Part shown: positions 31,322-41,922 of the stretch, in pieces
How positions within the stretch are numbered: position 1 is the first letter of the stretch
Layout of the letters: each line of letters begins with the position of its first letter
Assembly (NCBI RefSeq): GCF_905233635.1
Contig: NZ_CAJODG010000036.1
Location: 875 to 64,874, forward strand
Direction of reading: 5' to 3'
DNA: 64,000 bases
Source: Selenomonas sp. AE3005
GTDB lineage: Bacteria; Bacillota; Negativicutes; Selenomonadales; Selenomonadaceae
The notes under the pieces: model-generated
The model's input: the letters and a program-made list of their open reading frames with translations, nothing else
Database searches by the model: none
What the model was told of the DNA's origin: nothing
Made by a program: the position numbers and the translations under genes

Positions 31322-31856
31322 CGGAAATCTCCTCAGGCATATCTACGACCATGCGGCCGCCTGCTACGTCAATTTCCTTGACTACGGCTTTCAGTGCCGG
31401 TATCAGGAGTTCACCGCCATCTGTGCGGCGTGCCTGGTACACGTCATTACTGCCGGTACGCAGGACATTTTCCACCGTGCCCAGCTCATTGCCTGACATA
31501 TCAAAAACGGTCAGGCCAATGATGTCAAAGGTGTAATACTCGCCTTCATTTAACGGCGCCGCCTCACTGCGGTCAACGGTCAGCAGCTTGCCGGTAAGGC
31601 TCATTGCCGCCTCCCGGACGGGATATTCCTTAAATTTCATCAGCACATACTGCTTATGATACTTACAGCTTTCAATATGGAGCAGTTCACTGCCCACCAT
31701 AACTTCCGTCATGTCAGCAAAGCGTTCCACGAAATCTGTCAAGGGAATAATCCGCATTTCCCCATGAATGCCATGGGCGGCCCCGACCTTGCCGATGGTA
31801 ACGCGATTTTTATCCCGTTTGTTTTTCTTAGCCGCGAATGGCGATAATCTTGTCAT
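31311..31856 (-). CDS. rimM: Ribosome maturation factor RimM
   Basis: GKVGAAHGIHGE, EGEYY..DIIG, GSNDV, LIP. Confidence 0.95.
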   Translation of the reverse strand: MTRLSPFAAKKNKRDKNRVTIGKVGAAHGIHGEMRIIPLTDFVERFADMTEVMVGSELLHIESCKYHKQYVLMKFKEYPVREAAMSLTGKLLTVDRSEAAPLNEGEYYTFDIIGLTVFDMSGNELGTVENVLRTGSNDVYQARRTDGGELLIPALKAVVKEIDVAGGRMVVDMPEEISDAH

Positions 31857-32259
31857 CTTCCACCAGCACTTCCACGTTCATGATTTCACGCATGTCATCA
31901 CCTACATGGACTTCCACCTGATGTTCGAGCGTGCCCTGAACGATTTCCGCACCAATAACCATTTTTTCCATTTCTTCCTTACGGGCATTGGACTCCTCAC
32001 GGAATTCCAGACGTTTCTGACGTTCCTGGCCGAAATGAGCCTGAATGGACTGGAAACGCTGTACTTCTTCCAGCGTAGGCTGTTCCGGATTAGCCGGCTG
32101 ATTTTCCTGCATTACACGCTTTTCCTGAATATCCAGCTGCTGCAGTTCAAGTTCAGCACGCTTGATGCCTTCTTCCAGTTCCGTAAGAATCTTCGTCTTA
32201 AGTTTTTCCGTAAGTTTTGCCTTAATAGTAACAGGCACTTTCAGTGAAATAGAATCCAT
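31828..32259 (-). CDS. ylqD: YlqD-family protein
   Basis: Lies between khpA and rimM; coiled coil then QGTLE..VEV.VGD. Confidence 0.8.
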   Translation of the reverse strand: MDSISLKVPVTIKAKLTEKLKTKILTELEEGIKRAELELQQLDIQEKRVMQENQPANPEQPTLEEVQRFQSIQAHFGQERQKRLEFREESNARKEEMEKMVIGAEIVQGTLEHQVEVHVGDDMREIMNVEVLVEDDKIIAIRG

Positions 32260-32328
32260 GACAGTTCCCCTTTTCTTCATACATAGTAAAAACGGCAAGT
32301 CCCTAAAAAGAAACCTGCCGCTTTTATT

Positions 32329-32556
32329 TTAAATAATCTCAACCGTGACTTTCGTATTTTCCCGAGTGGCCGCGGCTTTGACCACGGTACGTAATGCCTT
32401 GGCAATACGCCCCTGACGCCCGATGACCTTACCCATGTCATCCTCTGCCACGTGAAGGCTGAGCACGGTCTGCCCATCCTCATGCCGTTCATCAACAACG
32501 ACAGCTTCGGGATGCTCCACTAAGGATTTGGCGATAACTTCAACAAGTTTCTTCAT
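32329..32556 (-). CDS. khpA: KH-domain RNA-binding protein KhpA
   Basis: DMGKVIGRQGRIAKALRT. Confidence 0.93.
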   Translation of the reverse strand: MKKLVEVIAKSLVEHPEAVVVDERHEDGQTVLSLHVAEDDMGKVIGRQGRIAKALRTVVKAAATRENTKVTVEII

Positions 32557-32585
32557 GTCGAGCCTCTTTCCAATAAGCACTTAGC

Positions 32586-32855
32586 TTACTTCTTCTTGGA
32601 TTCAGCGAACTTGGACATGATGCCCTGCTTGCTGAACAGATTTTTAACGGTATCGGTCGGCTGAGCACCTTTGTTCATCCAGTCAAGAACCTTTGCTTCA
32701 TCAACGTTGACAACTGCCGGCTGCTTGGAAGGGTCATAGTTACCGAGAACTTCGATAAAACGGCCATCACGCGGAGCACGGGAGTCAGCAACCACAATAC
32801 GATAGAAAGGGTTCTTCTTTGCACCCATACGGTTCAAACGAATCTTTACTGCCAT
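32586..32855 (-). CDS. rpsP: 30S ribosomal protein S16
   Basis: [33 protein letters not shown]. Confidence 0.98.
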   Translation of the reverse strand: MAVKIRLNRMGAKKNPFYRIVVADSRAPRDGRFIEVLGNYDPSKQPAVVNVDEAKVLDWMNKGAQPTDTVKNLFSKQGIMSKFAESKKK

Positions 32856-32894
32856 GAAATTTCACCACCTTTCGCAAATTGGAGTGTATAAAAA

Positions 32895-34283
32895 TTAACG
32901 CATAAAGGGCATTTTCGGGAAGTTTCCGAGGCCCAGATTGCCTAAGCTGCCTAAGCCCGGGAACCCTTTTCCCTTTTGCATTTTTTTCATTTTCTTCATC
33001 ATCTTTTTCATTTCGCCAAACTGCTTTAAGAGCTTGTTGACGTCCTGCACTTTGGTGCCGGAGCCCATGGCGATACGTTTACGGCGGCTGCCGTTGATGA
33101 TACCGATGTCCGCCCGTTCTTTAGGCGTCATGGATTTGATAATGGCCTCAATCTGGCGCATTTCCTTGCCATCAAGGTCAATATCCTGACCTTCCAGCTG
33201 TTTTTTGATGCCGCCCATGCCAGGAATCATGCCCAAGATATTCTCGAGGGAACCAAGTTTCTTGACCTGCTGCATCTGGGAGAGAAAGTCGTCCAAGGTA
33301 AATTCATCCTTGCGCAGCTTTTTCTCCATCTTGCGCGCCTCTTCCATATCAAAGGTCTGCTGAGCCTTTTCTACGAGAGAAAGCACATCGCCCATCCCGA
33401 GAATACGGGAGGCCATGCGGTCAGGATGGAAGGGCTGGAGTGCCTCCAGTTTCTCACCCATACCCACAAACTTAATGGGCACACCGGTAACAGCCTTTAC
33501 AGACAGTGCTGCACCACCACGGGCATCACCGTCCAGCTTGGTCATGATGACACCATCAAGGCCAAGGCTGTCATTAAAGGTCTGCGCCACATTTACGGAT
33601 TCCTGACCGGTCATGGCATCCACAACCAGCAGAATTTCATGCGGCTTGACCTCAGCTTTGATATCACGCAGTTCCTGCATCAAAGCTTCATCTATCTGCA
33701 AGCGGCCTGCCGTATCGATGATGATAACATCGTTGGCATGACTTTGCGAATAAGCAATAGAAGATTTAGCAATGGTCACCGCATCGGTACCCTGCTCCAT
33801 GGAAAACACGGGAATGTCGAGCTGTTTGCCCACTACCTGCAACTGCTTGATAGCAGCCGGACGGTAAATATCACAGGCAACCAGCAACGGACGTTTGCCC
33901 TGCTTTTTAAGGGACAAGCCCAGTTTACCAGCGGACGTGGTTTTACCAGCCCCCTGCAGACCTGCCATCATGATGATGGTCGGCGGATTCGGACTGATGT
34001 TGATACGGCTCTGCGTACCGCCCATGAGGTTGGTGAGCTCTTCATCAACAATCTTGATAACCACCTGAGCCGGCGTCAAGGTTTCGAGTATATCCTGACC
34101 GATAGCCCGTTCCTTGACAGTCTTTATAAAGTTCTTGACGACCTTAAAGTTTACATCAGCTTCCAGAAGTGCCATTCGCACTTCCCGCATGGCCTCGTTG
34201 ACATCGTCCTCCGTCAACTTGCCATGACCGCGAAGTTTTTTGAATGTTTCCTGCAAGCGGTCGGATAAGCTTTCAAATATCAA
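32895..34283 (-). CDS. ffh: Signal recognition particle protein Ffh
   Basis: GLQGAGKTT, DTAGR, TKLDGD, Met-rich M domain. Confidence 0.98.
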   Translation of the reverse strand: MIFESLSDRLQETFKKLRGHGKLTEDDVNEAMREVRMALLEADVNFKVVKNFIKTVKERAIGQDILETLTPAQVVIKIVDEELTNLMGGTQSRINISPNPPTIIMMAGLQGAGKTTSAGKLGLSLKKQGKRPLLVACDIYRPAAIKQLQVVGKQLDIPVFSMEQGTDAVTIAKSSIAYSQSHANDVIIIDTAGRLQIDEALMQELRDIKAEVKPHEILLVVDAMTGQESVNVAQTFNDSLGLDGVIMTKLDGDARGGAALSVKAVTGVPIKFVGMGEKLEALQPFHPDRMASRILGMGDVLSLVEKAQQTFDMEEARKMEKKLRKDEFTLDDFLSQMQQVKKLGSLENILGMIPGMGGIKKQLEGQDIDLDGKEMRQIEAIIKSMTPKERADIGIINGSRRKRIAMGSGTKVQDVNKLLKQFGEMKKMMKKMKKMQKGKGFPGLGSLGNLGLGNFPKMPFMR

Positions 34284-34648
34284 ACGGATACCTCCTGACC
34301 GTGACCCTGCACAGTGTAGGGTTCCAAGCGGTCCAGGACTTCATCAACAGCCTCAGCGTTGCCCGGCTGTTTCAGCCCCTTGATTGCTTCATAAATTTTG
34401 GCTAACTCCTGACGTTCACCTTGGTAACGGGCCGCCAGGCCTAATTTTTTCTCGTAGGACTCCATCGCTTTTTCACTGCGGTGGATATTATCGTAAACCG
34501 CCTGCCGGGATATTCCCAGCTCTTCACCGATTTCCGATAAGGAAAAATCCTCAAACAAGTGCATACGCAGGCATTCCTGCTGTTTCTCCGTAAGCAATGC
34601 CCCATATAAATCAAACAACGTGGATAAATACAAGAGCTGCTCCATCAT
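34280..34648 (-). CDS. ylxM: YlxM DNA-binding family protein
   Basis: FDLYGALLTEKQ, D.SLSEI, SRQAVYD; directly upstream of ffh. Confidence 0.92.
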   Translation of the reverse strand: MMEQLLYLSTLFDLYGALLTEKQQECLRMHLFEDFSLSEIGEELGISRQAVYDNIHRSEKAMESYEKKLGLAARYQGERQELAKIYEAIKGLKQPGNAEAVDEVLDRLEPYTVQGHGQEVSV

Positions 34649-34701
34649 CGCCATCACCTGCTTCAAAAATAGGTGCCAAGGTTTCCCCCTTGACATAGGC
34701 T

Positions 34702-34730
34702 ATTATAGCGAAGGTTTTATAGGCTGTCAA
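34702..34730 (-). promoter_or_regulatory. Consensus sigma70/A promoter of the ylxM-ffh operon
   Basis: TTGACA (34730-34725)-17-TATAAT (34707-34702). Confidence 0.85.
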
Positions 34731-34800
34731 GTATTTTTCCTTGGCAATATAAAAAAAGATGGAGTACTCACCCCATCTTTATCATTATATCAATATCAAA

Positions 34801-35124
34801 TTAACAGGCAGCCGCCAGTTCACACTCATCAGCCTGACGCATTTTCCCGGCGAAGTAATCCGTCAGACGCACCTCACAATCGGCCTGGCGTCCCAGCAAC
34901 GCGCGGTCTGCAGCCGTCAAAGCGCACGCATAACCCTCAGCATCATACACTGTAAAGCTGCGCTGTCCGTTCATCTCGCTGTGGATAATCACCCTGTCAG
35001 CACCAACACCAAACTTACGGCTGGCCAGCAGGCGGATGGCATTTTCCCCGGGCATATATCCCTGATTCCCGTCCATAATCATAACTTCCTTATCCTCCAC
35101 ACGATATAAACGAACTAACAACAT
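34801..35124 (-). CDS. Hypothetical 107-aa protein resembling the N-terminal part of DapF
   Basis: LASRKFGVGADRVII resembles DapF DRHFGIGADG; start placed at ATG 35124. Confidence 0.6.
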   Translation of the reverse strand: MLLVRLYRVEDKEVMIMDGNQGYMPGENAIRLLASRKFGVGADRVIIHSEMNGQRSFTVYDAEGYACALTAADRALLGRQADCEVRLTDYFAGKMRQADECELAAAC

Positions 35125-35282
35125 CCTGCTCACCGGCCTTTCTTTATAATCTGCATAAGCTGTAATAATTTCGATGGTTTTATTATAGCAAGGTAAGATT
35201 TGCAATAAAAGTTTAAAATCTGCTTTCAATATTGCAAAAATTGTACTATACTAAAAACAAATTCTTAATGAGAGGGAAAATT

Positions 35283-36131
35283 ATGAGCGACTATGAAAAG
35301 AAAGGATATCTTGTCAGCGACTTCCGGGTTTTCCGTTTAAAAGACGCTGCCTTGAAACCCATCCCCTTTCACTATCATGACTTCCATAAGATAATCATGT
35401 TTCTTGATGGTGCTGTAGATTATGTTATTGAAGGCAAAACATATCATCTGGCTCCCCGGGACATTGTCTTTGTTGCCGCCGGTGAAATTCATCGCCCCGT
35501 ATTCACTGATGATAATAAAGAATACGAACGCATCGTCATTTATGTAGCGCCGGACTTTTTACGGCGTTGGCAACAGCAAAATGCTGAGCATGTGGACCTG
35601 GCCCAGTGCTTTACCTATGCCCGCGATAACAGCAGTGTCATGCACCAGCCCCCCGGCACCAGCCATGACCTGCTCTTTCACATGGACAAGCTGGAAAAAA
35701 CAGCCAGGGGCAAGGGCTTTGCCAATGAGCTTTTCACCGAAATTATGTTCATTGAATTTATGATACTTTTAAACCGTTCCCTGCATGAACATGAGTTATC
35801 CGGACTAAACAATGCCACCTATGACCCCAAGATTCAACAGATAATCACCTATATCAATGCCAATCTGGCGCATGACCTGCCCATCGACGAACTGGCGGCC
35901 CAGGCCTATATCAGTAAGTTCTACTTAATGCGCAAGTTTAAGGCCGACACTGGTTATGGCATTCACCAGTACATTCGCAGCAAACGCCTGCTGCTGGCCC
36001 GTGACCTGCTGAAAACAGATATGCCCATCACCGCTATCAGTGAGGAAGTCGGATTTGCCGACTACTCCACATTCTCCCGGGCATTTAAAGAAATGTTTAA
36101 ATGCTCTCCCCGTGATTATCGCAAACAATAA
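35283..36131 (+). CDS. AraC-family transcriptional regulator
   Basis: Cupin N-terminus HYHDFH; HTH SKFYLMRKFK, GFADYSTFSRAFK...SP..YR. Confidence 0.93.
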   Translation: MSDYEKKGYLVSDFRVFRLKDAALKPIPFHYHDFHKIIMFLDGAVDYVIEGKTYHLAPRDIVFVAAGEIHRPVFTDDNKEYERIVIYVAPDFLRRWQQQNAEHVDLAQCFTYARDNSSVMHQPPGTSHDLLFHMDKLEKTARGKGFANELFTEIMFIEFMILLNRSLHEHELSGLNNATYDPKIQQIITYINANLAHDLPIDELAAQAYISKFYLMRKFKADTGYGIHQYIRSKRLLLARDLLKTDMPITAISEEVGFADYSTFSRAFKEMFKCSPRDYRKQ

Positions 36132-36188
36132 ACAGACAGAGGCAGAGACCATCAACTGTATGATGACCTCTGCCTCTTTATTGATAAC

Positions 36189-36596
36189 TTATATATCATC
36201 AAATATCCGCACAGCCGGCACCTTTTTCATTTTGCGCAGGGATTTAAGCTCCGTCCCATCAGCTGCCTGGGGAACCGGCTTACTGTCATCCGGCACATCT
36301 TTTAAATGCGGCGGTTTGCGATAGCAGCTGTCCAGCTTGCCATCCACAAATTCTTTTACCAAAACACTGCCGTCAGGCAGCACATGCCGGATTATCTCCG
36401 TACATTTCTGCTGAGCTTTCAGCTCGGACAATTCCGCCCGCCGGGCATTCATTTCCTCGAGCGTTTCGGTCAGATTAGCAATACGTTCCTGCACCATGCC
36501 CGCAAACATATCCTTAAAAGCATCTGTACCCTGTGTCCTGGCTTTTTCCATATTGGTGACGCCAGCCACGCTGTCATCAAGGCCTGCAACTCGCAT
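36189..36596 (-). CDS. Hypothetical protein
   Basis: RBS GGGAGAGG; preceded by a sigma28-like promoter. Confidence 0.7.
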   Translation of the reverse strand: MRVAGLDDSVAGVTNMEKARTQGTDAFKDMFAGMVQERIANLTETLEEMNARRAELSELKAQQKCTEIIRHVLPDGSVLVKEFVDGKLDSCYRKPPHLKDVPDDSKPVPQAADGTELKSLRKMKKVPAVRIFDDI

Positions 36597-36617
36597 ACCT
36601 CTCCCCCCTTTGCTTTT

Positions 36618-36644
36618 ATATCGGCTGTAAGTGCCGTTTTCTTA
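36618..36644 (-). promoter_or_regulatory. Sigma28 (FliA/SigD)-type promoter
   Basis: TAAG (36644-36641)-15-GCCGATAT (36625-36618). Confidence 0.7.
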
Positions 36645-36717
36645 AGTCACTTTGTTTGACTTCCCCTGACAACTAGCGTATCATTTAACCATAAACGCAA
36701 AAATATACTGCATTGGA

Positions 36718-38622
36718 GTGAATGCTTTGTTAAAAATAGCTATGGCGCAAATGGAAGTCATCCCCGGTCATCCCGACAAAAATGCCGCCACCATGCTGCG
36801 CATGATTGCCGAGGCCCGGGAACAGGATACCGATATCATCATTTTCCCGGAAATGGCCATTCCCGGATATCTGTTAGGTGATACCTGGGAACAGACAAGT
36901 TTCCTCACGGACTGCGAACATTACGGTCAGGAAATCATCGCCGCCTCGCAGGGACTCACTGTTATGTTCGGCAATATCGCCATGGACTGGGAGAAAACCA
37001 ACAATGACGGGCGTGTGCGCAAGTACAATGCTTTTTTCACCGCCCAGGACGGCCAGCTGCTTACACCTGTAGGCCAGTCCTATCCCTATGTCATCAAAAC
37101 CTTGATGCCCAATTATCGTGAGTTTGACGATACCCGGCATTTCTTCAGCCTGCAGCAGCTGGCTATTGAAGAAGGCATAACACCGGCAGAACTCATCGCC
37201 CCGGTCAGCCTTACCGTACGCGGCAAAAATTATCATATCGGCTGTCTGCTTTGCGAAGACGGCTGGAGTGACAACTACGCCTTAGAACCACTGCAGATAT
37301 TAAAGGAAAAAGCCAGTATTGACATGTTCGTCAATATCTCGGCCTCGCCTTATACACTAGGAAAAAATGATAAGCGCCATCGGGTATTCGGCCAGCAGGC
37401 TAAAGACGCCGGCGTTCCCCTGTTTTATGTCAACGCCATCGGCCTGCAAAACAACGGCAAAACCGTCTATACCTTCGATGGTGCCAGCACCGCCTACAAC
37501 GACAAAGGCGGTGTCTGCTTGACCTGCACCACTTATCAGGAAGAACTGACCATTGTGGATTTGGATAAACTGCCATCTATCCCGGAAATAACGCCGGCTG
37601 CGGAATCTGACATTGCGCATATTTACCGCGCCCTGCACTATGGTATCCGCCGTTTTCTGGAAAACATTCACATGCAAAAGGTGGTTATTGGCATTTCCGG
37701 CGGCATTGACTCTGCTGTTGCCGCGGCATTATACGCCAAGGTTGTCGGCCCGGAAAACCTGCTGCTTGTCAATATGCCCAGCGTCTTTAATTCCGCAACG
37801 ACCAAAGGGCTCAGCAAGAAACTGGCCGATAATCTGGGCTGCCAGTATGCAGTAATACCCATTCAGGAATCCGTTGACCATACTGTCAAACAACTTTCCG
37901 AAACACCCATCACCTATCTTACTGACATGTCAAACCAAAACCTCACTGTTTCTTCCTTTGTCACGGAAAATATTCAGGCTCGTGACCGCAGTGCCCGGGT
38001 ACTGGCAGGCGCAGCAGCTGCCTTCGGCGGTGGCTTTACCTGCAATGCCAACAAAGCAGAAACCACGGTCGGCTACTCCACCTTGTACGGTGACCAGTCA
38101 GGTTTCCTGGCCGCATTGGCTGACCTGTGGAAATATCAGGTGTATGACCTGGCCCATTACATGAACGATGTCATTTACGGACGCGAAGTTGTGCCGCAGG
38201 GGATTATTGACATTGTCCCGAGCGCCGAGCTTTCCTCTGCGCAAAACGTAGACGAGGGCAAAGGCGACCCCTTAAAATATCCTTATCATGACTACCTCTT
38301 CCGCTCCTTTATCGAGCGCTGGCAAAAAGCCGCTCCCGAAGATATTCTGGAATGGTATGCAGCCGGCACATTGGAAGAAAATCTTGGCTGTGCCCCGGGC
38401 CTCGCAGCCAAATATTTCCCCACAGCACAGGAATTTATCGCTGACCTCGAACGCTGGTGGAATCTGTTCACCGGCATGGCTGTGGCCAAGCGCATTCAGG
38501 CACCGCCTATCCTGGCCATCAGCCGCCGCGCCTATGGCTTTGACCATCGTGAGGCCCAAAACGGCCCCTATTACACTTTAAAATATCGCCAGCTCAAACA
38601 GCAATTGCTGCAAGCAAACTAA
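36718..38622 (+). CDS. nadE: Glutamine-dependent NAD+ synthetase
   Basis: Nitrilase-like domain (FPE, K..MPNY.EFD, CED) plus SGGIDS, ENIQAR, PSAEL. Confidence 0.95.
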   Translation: MNALLKIAMAQMEVIPGHPDKNAATMLRMIAEAREQDTDIIIFPEMAIPGYLLGDTWEQTSFLTDCEHYGQEIIAASQGLTVMFGNIAMDWEKTNNDGRVRKYNAFFTAQDGQLLTPVGQSYPYVIKTLMPNYREFDDTRHFFSLQQLAIEEGITPAELIAPVSLTVRGKNYHIGCLLCEDGWSDNYALEPLQILKEKASIDMFVNISASPYTLGKNDKRHRVFGQQAKDAGVPLFYVNAIGLQNNGKTVYTFDGASTAYNDKGGVCLTCTTYQEELTIVDLDKLPSIPEITPAAESDIAHIYRALHYGIRRFLENIHMQKVVIGISGGIDSAVAAALYAKVVGPENLLLVNMPSVFNSATTKGLSKKLADNLGCQYAVIPIQESVDHTVKQLSETPITYLTDMSNQNLTVSSFVTENIQARDRSARVLAGAAAAFGGGFTCNANKAETTVGYSTLYGDQSGFLAALADLWKYQVYDLAHYMNDVIYGREVVPQGIIDIVPSAELSSAQNVDEGKGDPLKYPYHDYLFRSFIERWQKAAPEDILEWYAAGTLEENLGCAPGLAAKYFPTAQEFIADLERWWNLFTGMAVAKRIQAPPILAISRRAYGFDHREAQNGPYYTLKYRQLKQQLLQAN

Positions 38623-38648
38623 AAAAGAGCCCTGCGGGGCTCTTTTTC
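38621..38648. terminator. Bidirectional terminator
   Basis: AAAAAAGAGCCC-TGCG-GGGCTCTTTTT between convergent genes. Confidence 0.85.
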
Positions 38649-39400
38649 TATGCCGAAATGCTATTGAATTTAAAATTAACATACTTGGCGGCAATTTTTT
38701 TCAGACGTTTGATATACACAACCTGCCAGATAATGATACAGATTTCAAAAACAATGGCTGCCAATAACCACATTCCCACAACCTCATCATCAATATCGCC
38801 TATCTCCACAGCCGGATTATAGGCGGTCAAAGCGTCATAGAATGTATGAATAACTACAGGCACGAGAAAAGCCGTAAGGTATAGCAATTTGTACGGTTCG
38901 CCATTTGCTTTATGGAAAATCCCCCTGCCGATATATTCTGCCATAAATATGCCCAGCAGCATGTGAAAAGCCACGGTAAAGAATCGGCAAAAGCCCATAA
39001 GCGTACCGCCGTACACTAATTCCTCATTCAGGGTAAAGCCCATGCCCACACCGGCACCGATTAAAATGTATTTATAGATGTTATCTGGCTTAAACAGTTT
39101 AACTGCCAGGACTATCATGAGCAGTTTGGACAGTTCCTCCGGAAAACCGGCGCGAAAGAAAGCCAACGCTGACGCCTTTACAAATTGATTTTCTATATCT
39201 GCCAGATTGTATCCTAAATCTACAATTGACATAGCAATGACAATAGCCAGGATAAACGTAATTATCGTAGCCAATACCCCCAAGCCTAAGGAAATGTACG
39301 CCTGTTTTTTCGAAATACTATCTGCCTCGCCCCACCTGAACATTTTCTTATAAATGAATCCGAGAATTATGGCGGCAAGAATTAACTGAATAAGCTCCAT
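38648..39400 (-). CDS. PrsW-family intramembrane metalloprotease
   Basis: PEELSK, GF...EE..Y, H, H..YD; RBS GGAGG before ATG 39400. Confidence 0.85.
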   Translation of the reverse strand: MELIQLILAAIILGFIYKKMFRWGEADSISKKQAYISLGLGVLATIITFILAIVIAMSIVDLGYNLADIENQFVKASALAFFRAGFPEELSKLLMIVLAVKLFKPDNIYKYILIGAGVGMGFTLNEELVYGGTLMGFCRFFTVAFHMLLGIFMAEYIGRGIFHKANGEPYKLLYLTAFLVPVVIHTFYDALTAYNPAVEIGDIDDEVVGMWLLAAIVFEICIIIWQVVYIKRLKKIAAKYVNFKFNSISA

Positions 39401-39638
39401 TATCTGCACCTCCCAACGAAACAGCGCCGACATCATAAAAAACAACGCTTTCCCTGCATCTTCCCTATAACAGAAAATTCTACCTTTTATTTGTTTATTC
39501 CTGCAACTTTGCAGGCGAAAATTCCCCCTTGCCCTTTTTGCCCAAAGCATTAACCTGCCACAAATGTCTTACTTTCATGGCAGGTATTTAAGAATGTTTG
39601 TAGAAGAATTACTTTAACATTAGAAAATATCGAGGTGA

Positions 39639-40688
39639 ATGTCTATGTGTGACGAAATAAATTGGCAGGAATTTTTTCACAGGGCTATCATAAGCGCGGC
39701 CTCAGATATACACTTAACCGTCGGGCAAAGGCCATACATGCGGTGCCTGGGAGCCTTGCAGCCGCTCGCCTGCTGCCCGCTGACCGAATCTGTGCTTTCA
39801 GAAATTTGTGCCTTTATCATGAGTGAGTATCAACGGGAAAAGCTCACTCATGAACGGGAAATTGACATGTCATGGAATTATGACGGGCGGCGGTTTAGGG
39901 TGCATGCTTACTACCAACAAGGCTGGCCGGCTTTGGCGTGCCGCTTGCTGCCGGAGAGGATCCCCAGTCTTGCGGAACTTAATGCCCCTAAAGCCTGGCA
40001 AAATATAAAGGAGACTGACCAGGGACTTATATTGGTGACAGGCCGTACCGGCTCCGGCAAGTCGACAACGCTGGCAGCTTTTATCGCTGAACTAAACCGC
40101 GAGAAACCCTGTCATATTGTTACGTTAGAGGACCCCATCGAATATGTTTTTAAGCCTGACAAATGTTTTATCAGTCAACGGGAATGGGGACGTGATTTTT
40201 ATTCCTTTCCTCAGGCCTTGCGCGGTGCCTTACGGGAAATGCCAGACGTGATTCTGGTCGGTGAGATTCGTGACCGGGAAACATTGGAAACGGCTTTGAC
40301 TGCCGCCGCAGCAGGTATGCTCGTGCTCGGAACACTGCATAGCCGCAGTGCGGCAGAAACTATCCTGCGCATGGAAGGAATGTTCCCCAGCAATGAACGC
40401 GAAAGTGCCCGGGCCTTAATCGCTCAGGTTTTGACAGGGATTATTTCCCAAACTCTGCTGCCAGCGGCAGACGGCGGCAGGACAGCACTCTATGAAGTGC
40501 TGCTGTCTGTTCCTGCGGTTACCAGTTTAATCAGACAAGGGAAATACAGCCAGTTGTCAGCAGTGATGATGAGTCACCTGCAGCAAGGCATGCAGACACG
40601 CAGCCAGGCTTTGCAGGACCTTTGGCAAAATGGCAGGATAAGCCGGGAAACTTGGGAACGTCAACAGGGAGAAAGTTATGAATTATAA
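39639..40688 (+). CDS. pilT: PilT/PilU-family type IV pilus ATPase
   Basis: ASDIHL, GRTGSGKST, TLEDPIEY, QRE, GEIRD, TLH, GMQT. Confidence 0.88.
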   Translation: MSMCDEINWQEFFHRAIISAASDIHLTVGQRPYMRCLGALQPLACCPLTESVLSEICAFIMSEYQREKLTHEREIDMSWNYDGRRFRVHAYYQQGWPALACRLLPERIPSLAELNAPKAWQNIKETDQGLILVTGRTGSGKSTTLAAFIAELNREKPCHIVTLEDPIEYVFKPDKCFISQREWGRDFYSFPQALRGALREMPDVILVGEIRDRETLETALTAAAAGMLVLGTLHSRSAAETILRMEGMFPSNERESARALIAQVLTGIISQTLLPAADGGRTALYEVLLSVPAVTSLIRQGKYSQLSAVMMSHLQQGMQTRSQALQDLWQNGRISRETWERQQGESYEL

Positions 40689-41907
40689 ATACACGGCCTG
40701 CAATCGTGCCGGCCAGCATTTTCAAGGAAATATTGCGGCCGGCAGCCGGCAGGAGGCCGCCCGGCAAATCAGGCAGCAAGGTTTATGGGTAACAAATCTG
40801 ATAGCGGCAGAAGAAAAATCTGCGTCCACGCGCAAAAATCTACAGGATTTAATCAGTTTTGTGGGCGGAGGCTTTACGACAGGACAGCAGGCACTATTCT
40901 TTCGGCAGCTGGCCGTTCTGACAGAGGCCGGAATTCCCCTGCATGAGGCACTGCGTAATTTAGCTGCGGCCCGCAGGGAAAACAGCTGTACTAAGGTCCT
41001 AAATAAACTGCATCAGGCCGTAATGCAAGGCAATAGTTTATCAGCGGCCTTAGGTAAATATCCGCAAATATTTTCCGCACAGGTTGTTCACTTGGTACAG
41101 GCCGGTGAAAATGGCGGTACCCTGGATACCGTACTAATTCGTCTGGCTGATTATTTGGAACAGACCACCATTGCCCGGGAAAAACTAAAATCCGTCCTGC
41201 TCTATCCGCTTATTCTGGCCTGTTCAGCTGTAGGCGCGCTGGTCTTTATGACTTTGGTGATTCTTCCGGCCTTTGCCGCTATGCTGGAAAACCTGCAGGT
41301 GGAATTGCCCCTGCCGACAAGAATTTTATTAACTACAGCGGCCTTTCTCAGGGATTACGGAGATATGACTTTGGTCATTGTCATTTTAGGCTTGCTCGTC
41401 ATACTGGCCCTGCGAAAATCAACAAAGGTAAAACTGTATTATGAACGCTGTCAGCTGTCTCTACCCTTATGGGGAAGTTTACGCCTGCATACAGACTGGA
41501 TGCTGGCACTGTCGACACTAGCCTCCCTGCTCGAACAGGGGATAGCACTGCCGTTGGCTTTGGAAATGGCCGGCAAATCCTTGGACAATAGCTGCCTGGC
41601 CCAGCAATTGGGGCAGGTGCAGCAAAAAATACAACAAGGCAGCTCGCTGCGAGCTGCCTTGGAAGAATGCCCTAGTTTTCCGGCAATCCTGCAGGAAATG
41701 CTGGCTGCCGGTGAACAATCCGGTAAATTGGAAACCATGCTGACCAAAGGTGCGGACTATTGCAAAGTTATGATGGAAAATGAATCTGCACGCTTGCAAG
41801 CTTTAGCTGAACCTGCTGCCATTTTTCTGGTCGGCGGTCTGGTATTTTTCTTTGTGCTGTCGGTGATTATGCCGCTGCTAAATACTATGGACGCTTTGAC
41901 CATGTAA
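40678..41907 (+). CDS. pilC: Type II secretion/type IV pilus platform protein (PilC/GspF)
   Basis: FFRQLA.L..AGIP, GE..G.L twice, YP, EP; three TM segments. Confidence 0.88.
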   Translation: MNYKYTACNRAGQHFQGNIAAGSRQEAARQIRQQGLWVTNLIAAEEKSASTRKNLQDLISFVGGGFTTGQQALFFRQLAVLTEAGIPLHEALRNLAAARRENSCTKVLNKLHQAVMQGNSLSAALGKYPQIFSAQVVHLVQAGENGGTLDTVLIRLADYLEQTTIAREKLKSVLLYPLILACSAVGALVFMTLVILPAFAAMLENLQVELPLPTRILLTTAAFLRDYGDMTLVIVILGLLVILALRKSTKVKLYYERCQLSLPLWGSLRLHTDWMLALSTLASLLEQGIALPLALEMAGKSLDNSCLAQQLGQVQQKIQQGSSLRAALEECPSFPAILQEMLAAGEQSGKLETMLTKGADYCKVMMENESARLQALAEPAAIFLVGGLVFFFVLSVIMPLLNTMDALTM

Positions 41908-41922
41908 GCTGAAGTCATCACA

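Noticed and set aside
33426..34268. Other long antisense ORFs (also 42193-42972, 47541-48323, 52370-53170, 54512-55195)
   Set aside because: All lie opposite well-supported genes and lack independent coding signals.
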